DNA of 63,877 bases, filler included, from Folioceros fuciformis (GCA_049999805.1; 8 parts of 8 records of this genome joined end to end with filler, not necessarily neighbours in it), one strand, 5' to 3'; numbered from the whole stretch's first letter, positions 11,484 through 26,147 are shown. Notes: generated by a model from the sequence alone, not told the origin. Numbers and translations are program-made.

Positions 11484-12149
11484 GGCTGTTAAAAGACAAA
11501 ATCCTTTGCTGTTAAGACAAAATCCTTTTCCAATCTCCTCCAAATGCAATGGATCCCTTAACATTCACCAAATGAACAATCCTAGAGAGAGGGAAAAGAA
11601 TGTCCGAGTAGCCTATTACAACAACAATCAACTTACTTCTTGCATGAAGGCCTGCATTACATATATAGACTAATAATACTTTCAATCCTCGATAAATAAT
11701 TTTTAGTTGGATCGCTTAAAAGCATTTTATTTTATTTTTAATTTTTCCATACATTTTTATACTTCGTTGAAGTGTCTAATATGTCTTTTAGTCTAAATTG
11801 AGACCTTAAAATTATTACTATTATTATTGCTCAAAAATATCGAACAATGTAAGGAAATATTTGTTTTTAGTATAAGCAGTTGCGATAAAAGGCTAATTTT
11901 GTTTTGCAAAAAATGATATCAAAAACATTTTTCTTAAAATTTCAGTTTCCCTTGATGAGGGTTGTTTTATTTATTTTAGAAACAAGATGGGCAACCATCT
12001 ACCTACAAAGGGAGATAAACCATGATAAGGACACTAGGGACCAAAAAAGCCTAATCACACCACCAATAGCACCTAAAACATCATGGTTTGGGTGGAGAAA
12101 GATTTACCTACTACTAGAGTTGCTGATGTTGTCTCTCCAACCAACATTG

Positions 12150-13195
12150 TTATCTTATGTATGGCATTAGCCAACACTCGCTGCTATAGAGCAATGTGAA
12201 GCTTTTGCCAAAAAAAAATGCTACAATGTATGAAAGAGGAAGACCAAGCACATTTTTCCTATAGTGCACCACCTTGGCACAACACTTCAAAAAAAATGCC
12301 TTGTACATGGACCTTGTGGGTCTCAATGGCAAAGGGGATAAAGGTGTGCTTAGCCTATAGAGGGGTGTACTTGTGAACCTTGGCCGATGCACTCCCTTCT
12401 ACCACCCAACCCAAAGAGTTAAGGACAACATGATTGCAGACCATGGCCCATGTGGGATCAGTTACGACCACCTCAGCAATAAAAACTTGCTAATCTAATC
12501 TCTGTGGATGAGGACAACGTCAGTGCAAAGAGAAACACCATCAAGTAGAGTGCATGGGCACTCCCTACAACTAGAAAACCAGCCTTCTTGGCCAAAGAAA
12601 ACATGACATCTTACACGGCGTCTTACGTAACAAAGCAACGAGCAAGATGAATACCAGAGTTGTCTAATGGCACCCCACAACTGCAAGAGGAGAGAGGCAA
12701 AACCTCATTAGTAAAGAATATGGTTGATAAGATTCGAAAAGCCTCTATGCTAGGTTGAGCCAAGAGCTTGTACCCTTTTCCGAGCACGAACGAAGCCTTG
12801 TCCAAACGAGAGCTCAAGAGTAGACAAATCCTAAAGAAGATTTGAGTGGCACAAGCTCGTATCTGTTCTTGAGAAGAGAATCTTGCAGCCCAGAAATTCC
12901 CACTAGAAGAAGAGAAGAAAATTGAGGCATAGCAGCCCTACACACAGAAGAAAGAGAGTCCCTAACCAATTTGGGGAGAGTCCCTAACCAATTTGGGGAC
13001 ACCTGCAAAGCCAGGGCACCTTACACCAAGGTTGAAAGATTCCAAAATGCAGGCATCATGAATGAGAAAACAGGAAGCCAAAGTAAAAGTGGAAAGAGCC
13101 TAACTCCCAAGAAATGCCACTAGTGCCCATATCTCCATTGCCATCAAACCAATGCCTCCAAACAAGATAGAAAGAGGCGTATGTCGCCTTGATAG
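12150..13195 (-). mobile_element. Decayed non-LTR retrotransposon 3' region with restriction-like endonuclease (CRE/R2-group-like)
   Basis: Minus-strand fragments in the expected order, broken by stops and frameshifts: PLSILFGGIGL..ALVAFLGS (RT thumb), CSCGVPLDNSGIHLARC..DAV*DVMFSLAKKAG (CCHC knuckle), EVVVTDPT (RLE core), FIPFAIETH, KLHIAL*QRVLANAI. Confidence 0.7.
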
Positions 13196-13317
13196 ATTAC
13201 AAAGTTCTAGAAATGTAGAATACCAAAATATAGCTAGTACTCCTAATTGTAATCCGGACCCCTATGATCCCTACATATGCTCTACTCTATGTCACTATGT
13301 TTCGAAACCCTAAATAA

Positions 13318-13620
13318 TCACCCTTTCTAATAATTCTAAAGTTGATTTCCGCATATCAATAATCCTAAAGTTGATTCTGGTATATCAATAATCCTAAAGT
13401 TGATTCTGGTATATCAATAATCCTAAAGTTGATTCCCGTATATCACGTTATGGCCATGCAGTTGTACATCTAAAGTTGATTCCCAGATATCATGTTATGG
13501 TCATGCAATTATACACCCTTTTTAATAATCATAAAGTTGATTCCCATATATCATGTTATGGTCATGCAGTTATACACCCTTTCTAATAATCCTAAAGTTG
13601 ATTCCCGTATATCATGTTAT
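13318..13620. repeat. AT-rich tandem repeat (29-bp core AATAATCCTAAAGTTGATTCYSGTATATC, expanding to ~56-60-bp units)
   Basis: About seven recurrences of TAAAGTTGATT...ATATC visible directly. Confidence 0.85.
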
Positions 13621-14327
13621 TACTTGCTCCTAACAACTATCACATTTCCCTTTGCAGAATAATTACAAAAGAGGAAACCATGCCTGGGCAGGCCTCATGT
13701 GTATGATCCATGCATGTACTATTACGTGTTTTGTGGTTCTGAGACTAATTGTGATACGTGCAATGTGCAGTCCGTGTCTAGTCTTTTTAAACAGAAATAA
13801 TGCGCTTTCACCGTAAGCGCAGCGAAGACCTACCATGAGATGCCGCAGCCACTATGTTCATTCGTTGGACGAGGAGAAGCACAAAGACGGAAGGCGTGGG
13901 CAAGCTGAGAGCTAGGGTGCGAGGCGGTCCAGGTTCAGGGACTCCCATTTGTTACGTCTTGGAGGCGGCAGGGCAGTGGAGACGGACTGCGAGCACTGGC
14001 ATGGTGGCGGATTTAATGCATGCCGGAATCTGGAAACCCTCTTGCGCGTTGGGAATGGTGGCAGGACGTGTTGAGTCGGTGGCTGGTGGAGCCTGAGGCT
14101 GGTGCGGAGCGGTGGAGCTGGTGCAGATCAGGGGAGACTGTGAGGCCGGGGCGATGCGGGAGGGTTAGGGCTTGAGGCAGGCCTGGCATGCCCGGTGCAG
14201 ATGCAGGGGAGGGCATTTGTGTGAAGAGGAAGGCATCAGCAGCATCAAGCAGCAGTAGCTTGTGCGGGGGTTGAAGGAATCGGGCAAGGTGGGTAATCTA
14301 GAGTCTCACCCCTGTTCGTTGGCCACG

Positions 14328-15677
14328 CTGGCAGCCTTGGCAGGAGCGCTGGCCTCTCTCACTGCCCGCCGATCAGGCTTGAGAGGTGGAGAGAGTGAGG
14401 ATGAGGTGGAAGAGGAGGCTCCCTCTTATCTCAACACGGCCAATTGCGGACGCTTTTTGATGATTTCTACCGACAAGCTGACGGTGTCGTATACCGGGGT
14501 GGGCGCGCATGGCACCGATGTGGGAGCCGTGCAGGCCAACCGGCACGCTCCTGTGCGGAGGTTGTTGTACTACTTCGAAGTGCACATCAAGGAGCGGGGA
14601 GGGCGGGGGTGCATATCCGTGGGGTTTGCTGAAGAGAACTTCAAGAAGAACCGGCAGGTAGGGTGGGAACTCGGTAGCTATGGATACCATGGTGATGATG
14701 GCAAGTTGTATCAGGGGGCAGGGAAGATTGATTTGGATTTCGGTCCCAAGTTCACCACCGGGGATACCGTCGGTGCAGGCATCAACTATGCTGCAAGAGA
14801 GCTCTTCTTTACCAAGAATGGGAAGCTGGTGGGCACCTTGTTCAAGGAGCTCAAGACCCCCCTCTTTCCCACCGTAGGTTTGCACAGCCCTAACGAGAAG
14901 GTGGAGCTGAACTTTGGGCAGCGACCCTTTGTGTTTGATGTGGAGGCTTTCGTGCACGAGGAGCGGGAGAAGCGGAACAAGCAGGTGGAGAGTTTGCCCT
15001 TGTCCTTCAGTGTGAGTCACAGTGTGGTTCGTGGGTATCTGCTTCATTATGGTTATCAGGACACGCTTGCTGCCTTCGATGCTGCCAGTGGTGGTGCCTT
15101 CCCCCCTGTTGTGGACAACAAGAATGTTCAGGACAGCGAGAGCTTTGCTCTCGAGCACCGAAAGGTCCTGCGCAGGTTGTGTAGGATGGGTGATGTGGAC
15201 GGCGTGTTGGCCAAGCTGCAGGAGTGGTACCCGGAGCTCCTGGAGGATGACAAGTCCACCTTAACCTTTCTGTTGCACTGCCAGAAGTTTGTGGAGCTCA
15301 TCAAGGGCGGTGCATTGGAGATAGCTGTGGCTTACGCTCGGAAGGAGTTGGCACATTTCTTCCACAAGTCCCCGACACAGGACCTGCACCTTCAGGACTG
15401 CCTTGCACTTTTGGCGTACGAGAAACCGGCAGACTCCCCAGTCGGGTACCTGCTGGGGCTGGGGCAACGAGAGACCATTGCAGACGCCGTCAACGCTGTG
15501 GTGCTAGCACAGAACCCTTCCCTTCAGCAGCCAGATAAGCTTCCACAGTCTGCCCTGGAGAAGCTTCTTCGGCAACTCACAGCATGCGACGCCGAACGGT
15601 GCTCTCTTAATGGGGGTCAGGGGGAGGTGTTTTCACTCCAACGGGTCTTGCAACGTGGGAAGGATGGCGGCTGGTAG
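14328..15677 (+). CDS. RanBPM: RanBPM/RanBP9-10-like CTLH/GID E3 ligase subunit (SPRY-LisH-CTLH-CRA); start codon uncertain
   Basis: Motifs DVGAVQAN, YYFEV, GYHGDDG, FGPKFTTGDTVGAGINY, FPTVGLHSPNE.VELNFG, YLLHYGY, FLLHCQKFVELI, LALLAYEKP, ADAVNA and LEKLLRQL. The whole conserved region is one open frame. Stop TAG ends at 15677. Confidence 0.9.
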   Translation: MAALAGALASLTARRSGLRGGESEDEVEEEAPSYLNTANCGRFLMISTDKLTVSYTGVGAHGTDVGAVQANRHAPVRRLLYYFEVHIKERGGRGCISVGFAEENFKKNRQVGWELGSYGYHGDDGKLYQGAGKIDLDFGPKFTTGDTVGAGINYAARELFFTKNGKLVGTLFKELKTPLFPTVGLHSPNEKVELNFGQRPFVFDVEAFVHEEREKRNKQVESLPLSFSVSHSVVRGYLLHYGYQDTLAAFDAASGGAFPPVVDNKNVQDSESFALEHRKVLRRLCRMGDVDGVLAKLQEWYPELLEDDKSTLTFLLHCQKFVELIKGGALEIAVAYARKELAHFFHKSPTQDLHLQDCLALLAYEKPADSPVGYLLGLGQRETIADAVNAVVLAQNPSLQQPDKLPQSALEKLLRQLTACDAERCSLNGGQGEVFSLQRVLQRGKDGGW

Positions 15678-16480
15678 TGTATTTCGCTTCTCTGGTAGGT
15701 TCTTTTTTTCTGAAGGTTGTTAGTCGGTATGACTTTGGGCGTGGGCCACACTTGCTAGAAATTTGGAACAAGCAATCACGACGCACAACCTCCGGCCCTG
15801 AATTCATCGAGCAGCACAGGATGTTTTTTTTATCCGCCCTACGCCATCCTCTACTTGTGATTTGATGTGCAAGAAGGTACGGAATCATGGATTCTGCTCG
15901 TCTTGTGACGTTTCTGTATCCAGGTAAAGATGGCCATGGCATGATGGAAGTGCGGTGACCCGCAACCAGACAGAAACCATTATCCCATCCGAGTCTGACC
16001 TCAATACCCCTTTTGGAGCTCCAATTTCTACCGTTTTTTTTTTTCGTTCTCGTCTGTACTATTCGCACCACGAATCTATGGAGATCACTTATTTACAAAG
16101 GCTGAGTTCCCGAGACCTGAGTTGAGGAGAGAGAAAAAGAAAGGGCCGTGATTCCTGCTTTTGTTCGAGCGTCTGTCTTCTATCCGTCTATCTGAGTCCC
16201 TAACACCAAGTACAAACTTAGCTGGCATATGCCTGTTTGTGGAGGAGCATATCCTCTACCTGGATTGATTTGTCCGGTCGGTTACAAGTATGCAGCCAAT
16301 TAGCTTCGTCTCCCAGGATGGCTTGACGTCGTGAGTGCGGGTCGAAGGATTTCAGGGGAAGCGGCAACCAATATTTGGTACGTGGCAAGCACTTTACCGC
16401 CCTGTGCGACTGATTAGAAGTTGATGTCCTGGAGTCTTTGCCGTTAGATGACCTTCAACAGTTGATGAGGGCAAGGCTGA

Positions 16481-18052
<1,572 letters not shown>

Positions 18053-18579
18053 GAGATGTCTAGTTTTGTGTAGATTACCCCACCCCCGTTCCTTCCCTGC
18101 CCTGTGCATTACGCAGACTAGGTACGCGCTCTTGCAGCAAATTTTGTTGCCATCATCCACCTTCAGCCNNNNNNNNNNNNNNNNNNNNNNNNNNNNNNNN
18201 NNNNNNNNNNNNTTAATTAATTAANNNNNNNNNNNNNNNNNNNNNNNNNNNNNNNNNNNNNNNNNNNNGGCCGAGGCTCAACGAGGGGAACCAAGGGGAA
18301 GGAGGCCAAGGAGGTCGAGGCTCAACCAAGGGGAAGAAGGCTTAGGATAACAGGGAAAGCTTGCATAAGCCACATGGAGGTAGCACCAATTCCATATGCC
18401 ACAAGGTAGTATTTTAGTTCACAACAATACAATATCTTTTCGTCACCAGAAAGCTTGACAAGAAATGCACATTTAGTGCATTTGCAAATATGGTGTTGTC
18501 CACATGAACCTCCACACTCGTCTTGGCCAGTTGCTGCAACCTCTACACTAAGTACAGCCTAGCTATAGGAGCAATAGAG

Positions 18580-18790
18580 GCGGGATTAGAAGTAGACAAG
18601 CGACCTCATCTTTGGTGCTTGTAGCCCACTTCTTTTGCCGCTGCTGGCAGGCTATGAATTTTGGTCTTGTTGGCTGTAAAGAGATGCGGGATTAGAAGTA
18701 GACAAGCCACCTCATTTTTGGTGCTTGTACCCCACTTCTTTTGCCGTTGCTGGTAGGCTATGAATTTTGGTCTTATTGGCTGTAAAGAGA
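18580..18790. repeat. Direct tandem duplication, ~106-bp unit x2
   Basis: GCGGGATTAGAAGTAGACAAGC...GGCTGTAAAGAGA starts at 18580 and again at 18686. Confidence 0.85.
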
Positions 18791-19550
18791 GATTTGGATT
18801 CGGCTTTCTCTGTAATGATCCTTGAGTTCCCATGTGTATTTGCTGCCCTTGTTTAGTGCATGTCCAATGTATGTTGAAGGTCAAGGCAACTGGTAGGTAA
18901 GAGATCCTTGAGTTCCAATGTGCATTTGCTGCATTTGTTTGGTGCATTGCCAATATATGGTGAAGGGCAAGGCAGTTGGTAGGTAAGGGGTCTTTTGAAA
19001 TAGGTGCTTCGAGCTTAAATGAATCTAAAATGCAAAGACTAGAAGCCCCATCGTGGCTCATTCCATTGCATCCCCAAAAGCTACATGCGAAACCCAAATG
19101 TATGTGCAAGGAAATTCGATGGCTAGTTAGAGTGGAAGAGAGGTGGCACGACGATTGAGATGTATGTTCACATAAGAAAACCATAACGCAGTTCTTTCTG
19201 TGGGCAGCTTCTGCACAACGAATGAAATACTGTACGGCGTGAGTGAACTCTAAGTTGGGGGGACGGCAGTCCCGGTACTACCCAAGGCAGTGGCAACAAC
19301 CTCCAGCAGCCGGGAGCCAGGGTCGCGGAAGCGTTGAGACCCATAAAATCACTAAAATTATTAAATTGATTTCTCATACAATTCGCTAGAAATACTGCCG
19401 GGAAAGTAAGCCGGCCAGATTCATTACTACGGCACGACGTCATGCCCTAGACCTAGGTATAGAGCAGTCTCCTTTGCCCATCCCGGCCTCTCTTCGCGAC
19501 CTTCTCCTGAGAGCGCAACTTCTCGCGAGTGGGGTTGAACCGGAGCAACC

Positions 19551-19895
19551 ATGAAGGTGATTGCGGCGTACTTGTTAGCACTGCTAGGGGGAAAGGAGTC
19601 CCCCTCAGCCGAGGACATCAAGGGCATCTTGTCCTCAGTAGGCGCGGAGGCCGATAATAGCAGGATATCGCTTCTGCTGTCGGAGCTCAAGGGCAAGGAT
19701 ATCCTGGAGGTGATTGCCGGAGGCAAGCACAAGCTTGCTTCTGTGCCAGCTGGTGGTGGTGGCGGCTCTGCAGCGGCCGGGTCCGCTGGCACAGACGCAC
19801 CAGCCGCGGCTTCTGTGGCCAAGGAGGTGGAGAAAGTTGAGGAAACTAAGGAGGAGGAGTCTGATGAGGACCTGGGCTTCAGCTTGTTCGACTAG
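19551..19895 (+). CDS. RPP2: 60S acidic ribosomal protein P2
   Basis: [39 protein letters not shown], Ala/Gly hinge and C-terminal [13 protein letters not shown]. Intronless. Confidence 0.97.
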   Translation: MKVIAAYLLALLGGKESPSAEDIKGILSSVGAEADNSRISLLLSELKGKDILEVIAGGKHKLASVPAGGGGGSAAAGSAGTDAPAAASVAKEVEKVEETKEEESDEDLGFSLFD

Positions 19896-20936
19896 GCTGA
19901 CGGTTTTTCTTTCAGTTTCGTGATTTAGCACCCTCAGCCCTGGCAGGGGCCTGCGCGACTTATTGAGTGCACCAACAGGAGATGCCAGCTGAGTTGAAAA
20001 GGTGGCCGTAGTAGTTGAGGCGATGACGCCTGTCGTTGTTTAGGTTTCGAGGGCGCAGGAGCAGTAGTATTAGGGTGGAGGGATGTGAGTAGGATGGAAT
20101 TGCATCTCACTTTTTTATGTCATGGCGTAGCTTCTTGCCATAAAATTTTGTCTCACGAAATTTATCCTCCCTCCTCGCCATGATTCTGACTTGAAGTTTC
20201 TTGGAACTTGTTTATGCCCGTGTGAACGGGATGCCGTGGTGGGACTCCAGCTTTGGTGCTAACCCTTGCAGACTTTGCCGGAGATTCCTCTGCTCCCTTG
20301 TTTGAGGCGTTAGTGTATCTCGTCCAAGGTTGTGGGTTTCTTTTCCTGTTTTCCAAGTTTGAATGTATTTGTCTCTGGTGCTGTTGCAAGCGGTTCGAAA
20401 TCAGCGCAAAATAGACGAGTTGTGTTGTTGTACAAGCCTGTTGAAAAATATATCTGGGAGGCCATCCTCAAGCTACCAAGCTGACATTCCAACACAACGA
20501 GTGGGGACACGCCAGGTAAAGGAAAATTCTACTGTAAATACTTCTATGTTGTTTGCAGATCGTCTAATCTTTTGCAAACGAGAGGGCACGTTCTGAATTG
20601 CTTGGCTTGTGAAGTATCGCACTCGGATGTGTTGAAATTGTAGAGCAAGAGCGGTACGTGTCTTCAAATGTGTGGTGTCAGTCACTTGTTTTACTTGACC
20701 AGCTGCCAGGGGAGAATTCACATGACGCAAATTGAGGCAGGGATCCAGAGCTCTGCGACAGCCTACGAAGGTTAATGACCCAAGACTACTAAGTACCTAC
20801 ACTCACAACCCCTCGGTAGTTGGCCTTTGCTTGCGACAGAAAAACGTTTCTGCCTTTAAATCAGTCAGTTAACATAGGCAACGACCTGCGAGTGTAAATT
20901 GGGCTTGATTCCTCCTGCCAACCCATGCTGTCCTTT

Positions 20937-23220
20937 TCAAAAGAGGTCACCATAAGGTGACACATGTTTCGAACTCAGAAGAATCCTCTGCGCACAAACA
21001 AGAGCCTTCCTAGCCACATCTGAATCTTCATGGCTCGTGAGTTGCAGCAGGCGCGCCGTAATCTTTAGACGCTGCAAAGCCTCACGCCCACTTGGGTGCT
21101 TCTGGACAAAGCATGAGAGGTCATGGCACGCTATCGCAAGAGACTTTGGATGTCTTGCATTGTTCAAAATATTTACAAGGCTGTGCACCATCTGCCATCA
21201 TGCAACCCGTGAGAACGAATCGAAAAGCTCACGACTAGGCAAACATCGTAACTCAGTGCCACAGCATACCTGGAAGTCATTTTTCTCAAATCTGAGCACG
21301 TTCTCCGTCCAAAACAATGGATCTTTATGTATTAGAGTCCAGTTGGGGTTACCAGAGAGTAGGTCCTGCTTGTACTTCTTGAAGGCGATGATTCTGAATT
21401 TATCGACGTTGTCCTTCAGGGTAGCCTCTATTGAATCAAGAGCTTCTGTCAGCTCCTGCAATTCTACTACCAATGTCAGATGCGTCCGAAACTAAGCCAT
21501 CTACAACGAATTATTATCCATCAAGCAGCTAGAGTGAAAGGCAACCTCGTCACTCCATGCGGACCTCTGTCTCAGGTTGTGAAAAGCTTTTACAAGCCCA
21601 GCCTCCGCCATATCGAACGCAAGGTTGTCTCTGGTGACCAGATTTTTTAGGGTGAGAGCAGCCACTCGAACCATCTGCAATTAATGGTGGCATTGTATTA
21701 GTTGGTCAGCTAGTCTAGATATCACAAATCAACAGAAAAGTCGGGACTTAGATGATTCTAATCTAAGAGTTGACTGATTAAAGGATAACCACCTTCTCTT
21801 TAGACGACGTCCTGATCACCTCCACTAAGCGACGCACTGTGCCTGTCGTTTCAATGGTCATGACTGCATCTTCATGGTATGATAACATCCACATACAGAG
21901 AGTGGTCTCGTACAACACCTGGTAGTGGTTGAAAGAAAGTAGCCAGCAGATCATTAGATGAAATGAGAAAACTAATCCACATAACCGTTTCATAACCTTG
22001 ATGCATTTTGCATGGTTTGAGTGGGATCGAATTCGCACCTGAACATGACCTGCAGAAGATGCAGGTGAGATGACCGGGGCTATAAGCTTAATGCCATCTG
22101 ACTGGATGAACAAGGTTCTTATTTCTGAGTGTCTTGTCCGTAGTAGAGCAACTAGGCAGCTGACAGCAGTTGGTATCCCCCTTGTTGGGTGGGATGGATG
22201 CCGTAACTGTGCAAAAGACAACATTTATTCATTCAATGGGCTGATCAGGACGTCATAGATGTACCATGTGCAAGCACCAGTTCCAGTCAAACAATCAAGG
22301 ATCCAACAGTCGGTACCATTGCTGCCTACCTGAGAGCATACCCAACTCAAAACACTCTGAATGGCATCGTGAAATTGTTGAGTCTTTGTAGTATTGACGT
22401 CCTTGGGTCTTGAGCTGGTGTAGAAATCAGAGAAAGCAGGTCGCATGTTGATGAGAACCTGGCCTCACAAAGTTGCACAAGCCAATGCAACCTGCTGGAA
22501 CTGTGAACGCTACATCATCAGAAGCGTACCAGATCGCCAATGTCAGTGTTCTGGAAGCCTTTTCTTGTATCAACCAAGAGCTCCTCGTCAGCAGTCTGCA
22601 GGAGCCAAAATGATGCATGATTCTTAGCTCACAGGATTGGCCAATCAAAGGTGCCAGGTGCCCACAGATTCAGAGACGAACTCTCGCGACGACCAGGATC
22701 CAGCTAAACGTTCAAATATTACTCCAGCTTTCCCTCTGCAGCTCATCACCTTGAAAATGGTAGGTACACATCCTCGTCCTCAAATTCGGGTGTGTGAAAC
22801 CATGTTGCGCGCTCCGAATTGTCTGTGAAGACGCCAGTTCCACAGCCCCTCAAACAAAGGTGCAATCTAGAATTGGCTTCAAGCTGTTACCGATAAAAAT
22901 CTCACCTAACAGAAGCTCATCATAAATGATTTGTAGAGCGTATTCCACAGTTGCCTCTTCACCAGCATCCCGGACGAAATGAAGAAAACGACGCATGTAG
23001 GCAGGCTCATTCTGCGTTGAAGGCAACGGAGATGAAGATCCATGAGCCTACAGTATCGTCGTTTACCACATGAACTTCCGAATTCGGCAAAGTGCGTGAC
23101 ACCAAGGAATTTTATTCTCGGCCGTACCGCATCCAGCCTCGCTGCTTGCGCGTTCTCTGATGCCTTATGATAGCGTCGCGAAGTCTGCATGTCGCCGCTG
23201 TCCGTCGACTTCATGGCCAT
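20937..23220 (-). CDS. VHA-H: V-type proton ATPase subunit H-like (multi-exon, divergent)
   Basis: Exons encode RRYHKASENAQAARLD, PAYMRRFLHFVRD..EEATVEYAL, WLIQEKAS, HPTRGIPTAVSCL, QVLYETTLCMWMLSY, SSKEKV, WTLIHKDPLFWTENVLRFEKNDFQ, LAIACHDLSCFVQKHPSGR and ALVCAQRILL. Confidence 0.88.
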
Positions 23221-26147
23221 GTTTGGTTCTCTCCTTGGCGAATCGTCGATCGCGAAAGCCTAACGATCGCTCTGTCTGATGGCCGTTCCGTTCAACTCCG
23301 TATACACCCACGTTTCTGGCGCCCCTTAATAAAATCCTTTGAACAGTAACTTTCTTGGTATAATCGTAATAAAAAATCCCAAATTTGGAAGCCAATCGTG
23401 GTCCTCTGTGGAGGGAATTACGAGTCATAGACTTCAGGCAATTAACAACGTGGACCATGGTGCGTGTTGTGGTTTGATATATGGCGGGCAAATTTCTTAA
23501 ATAGGCGCGGACGTCCATAACCACTTGTTCTCAAGCTCATGGTTGGTTGTATGAATAGGGAACTTTTTAGAGTCCCCTGTGGTAAGGGACTCGTTTCAAC
23601 TTCGTTGAAAAAGGCCTTTGATTGCAGCTGTTGTCCAAAATAACCATTACTGAAATATTAGGAGTACTTTGTTGATGGGAAAGTACTCTCACGCATACTC
23701 AAAGAAAATAAAGTACCAAATAATTTTGTAGCGTGTTTAAGCTAGCCATTTGTTAAACATGTTTTGCAATTAAATAATCTATTTGGCCTCGAGTATTGAA
23801 CATGCTGGAAATGCACATTCCTAGTGGGATCGCATAAATATTAAATGTTTTATATTTTATATGCAGATAAACTTTGTACGCGTAACCGAGACACCATAGT
23901 TAGGCTTGACGGGGTAAAAATGAAAATAAGCAGTAGATGAGAAATAAAGAACTATTAACTTGAGGCCACGTTTGGGCGTGACCGGGCAAAAAGGAACATG
24001 AGCAGCAGATGAAAAACGATACAACTGAGGGCCTGAGGTGGACCCTTCGTCCATCCTGGAGAGTGAGGCTGAAGCCGCTTTGGTAGGAACTCCCAGGTAA
24101 GCGTTACAAAGATGATCGGGCCCGACGAGACGGCTTTCACCTTCGTTCGGAAAGATGAGCCCCTCCTGAACGCATTTCATGCCTCACCGGCCAGTGATCA
24201 CGGAAACGACAATTGAGGGAAGTTATTTTCCTTCCTTACTGCTAACGAGCGAGACATAAGCGGAGGGCTTGACCCTCTTTAAGAAGCAAGGGACCGCTTT
24301 ACTACTACGCACTACGTCACTCGCTATTTTCCTAAGTAGAGAAAGCAACAAAATCTTCTGGACACCCAACATCCTACTGGAACACGCGTAGGATAAGGCT
24401 ACTTGAGAACACTGTTTAATCAGGTGTTTACAGTGACGGCAGAACGAGCAGAAGAAAGCTTCGCTTGCCCTGCAGATCCGTACAATGATGGATCTTCCTC
24501 TTCTCCCCTAACAGATAATACATAATCGTGCCAGAAAAAAGCTCTCCAGCTTGATAAATGGGGCGACACATATCAGAGGCTTACGAGGGCACTGCACAAA
24601 CCAAACCATCGACATTTTAGGATTGACAGAAGCGAAAACCGCAACAGATCTTGCGAAAGGATCATAGCCACAGATCTTACTGTATGTGGCTGTGTCAATT
24701 TGCTCGGGTAGCTNNNNNNNNNNNNNNNNNNNNNNNNNNNNNNNNNNNNNNNNNNNNTTAATTAATTAANNNNNNNNNNNNNNNNNNNNNNNNNNNNNNN
24801 NNNNNNNNNNNNNTATGCAAGACCTTGTTTATATGAAATGCTGCACCAACTAGTTTTTGTAAAATACAACACATGTAAACTGCAAATATTTTATAGGAAA
24901 GCTACAAAGATACTAAATTATTTGATATACCTATTTACAGAAGGCCGATAGTTAAGTATTCGGAGAAATTCCACTATCCAATCTGTTGTTGTTTCTTCAT
25001 TATATGAATCAATGTATAGTTTCTGAAAAATCAAGATAGATATTGAGTACATAGATTAAAACTTTTTGTGAGTATAATATAATTATTTTATTACCTGGTT
25101 TGATTGAATTATACTCAGCACATTGCAAAGTATTTCTCGTAATTCCTCGGGTGTTTTTTGGCTGTAGAGGTTGTTAAATCAAAGGCTGTTTAGTAAGCTT
25201 CATAAATTTTGGAACCTCAAACATCATAGTTATTAGTATGTATGCATGTATGTATATACCTGAATTCTGTAAGAGAGATTGGATAATTGAATGGATGGTC
25301 TCTCAAGTATCTTACTATCATTTGTATTTCTGTCATTTTTCTAAAAGAATATTGCTTTAGGTCTGCAAACAGTTTGAATCATAAAGCATATTGAGTTAAG
25401 GTGATTGTTGGATGAATATCTACATCAAAATCAAACACTTCACCTACTTGTCACAGTTGCATAATTTACTTAAGAAGATAGCAAAGCTGGCATTACTTTT
25501 CGTACAATGATAATAAAGTTTTTGGTTCTTAGCACACTTATAAATTTATTATAAACTTCAAGTTATTTAAGAGGTATATAATAACTCTTCAACTATTATG
25601 CATAAGTAATTTAGAACTCCACTATTAAACTCCTTAGTGAAATATATATATGTTATTGAAAGAAAATGGAAAAAATAATTTACCCTATTTATTATTACCT
25701 CTAACCCTAAACCCTAGTACTGAACTGCGGAAATAAAGTAGGGAACAAGAAAGACCAATCCTCCTGCCTTTGTCAAAATCCTCCTGCCTTTGTTGCTAAA
25801 GGTACTTTCTTAATTTGCATTCTTAATCTATAAGAGCCTTAAAAGCTTGGAAAAGGCCTTGTCCATGTACCCCCTAACTTGCTCAATGGAGAGTGGCTTG
25901 GTAGAGTGTGGAGCAACCTTTATTACTGGTGAGAAAAAGAACATGGACCAATCTGTGCAAAGACCATTTCCGGGTTGGGGCAAAACGCGTTGTGGAGGTT
26001 GGGTGTCATGCCTACCAGGGAACCATCCCCACCATGGGCATCATATGTACCTAGGACCAGGCCAAGTGTTAAAGAGACCAGAAATATTTCTGATTCTTGA
26101 TGTGAGGACGACCCGGGTTTTAACGGTGACCATTTAGAGCCATTCAT

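Noticed and set aside
25700..25717. TAACCCTAAACCCTAG telomere-like motif (also ~28913-28923)
   Set aside because: Only about two units. At most a telo-box, and not evidence of a telomere or an interstitial array.
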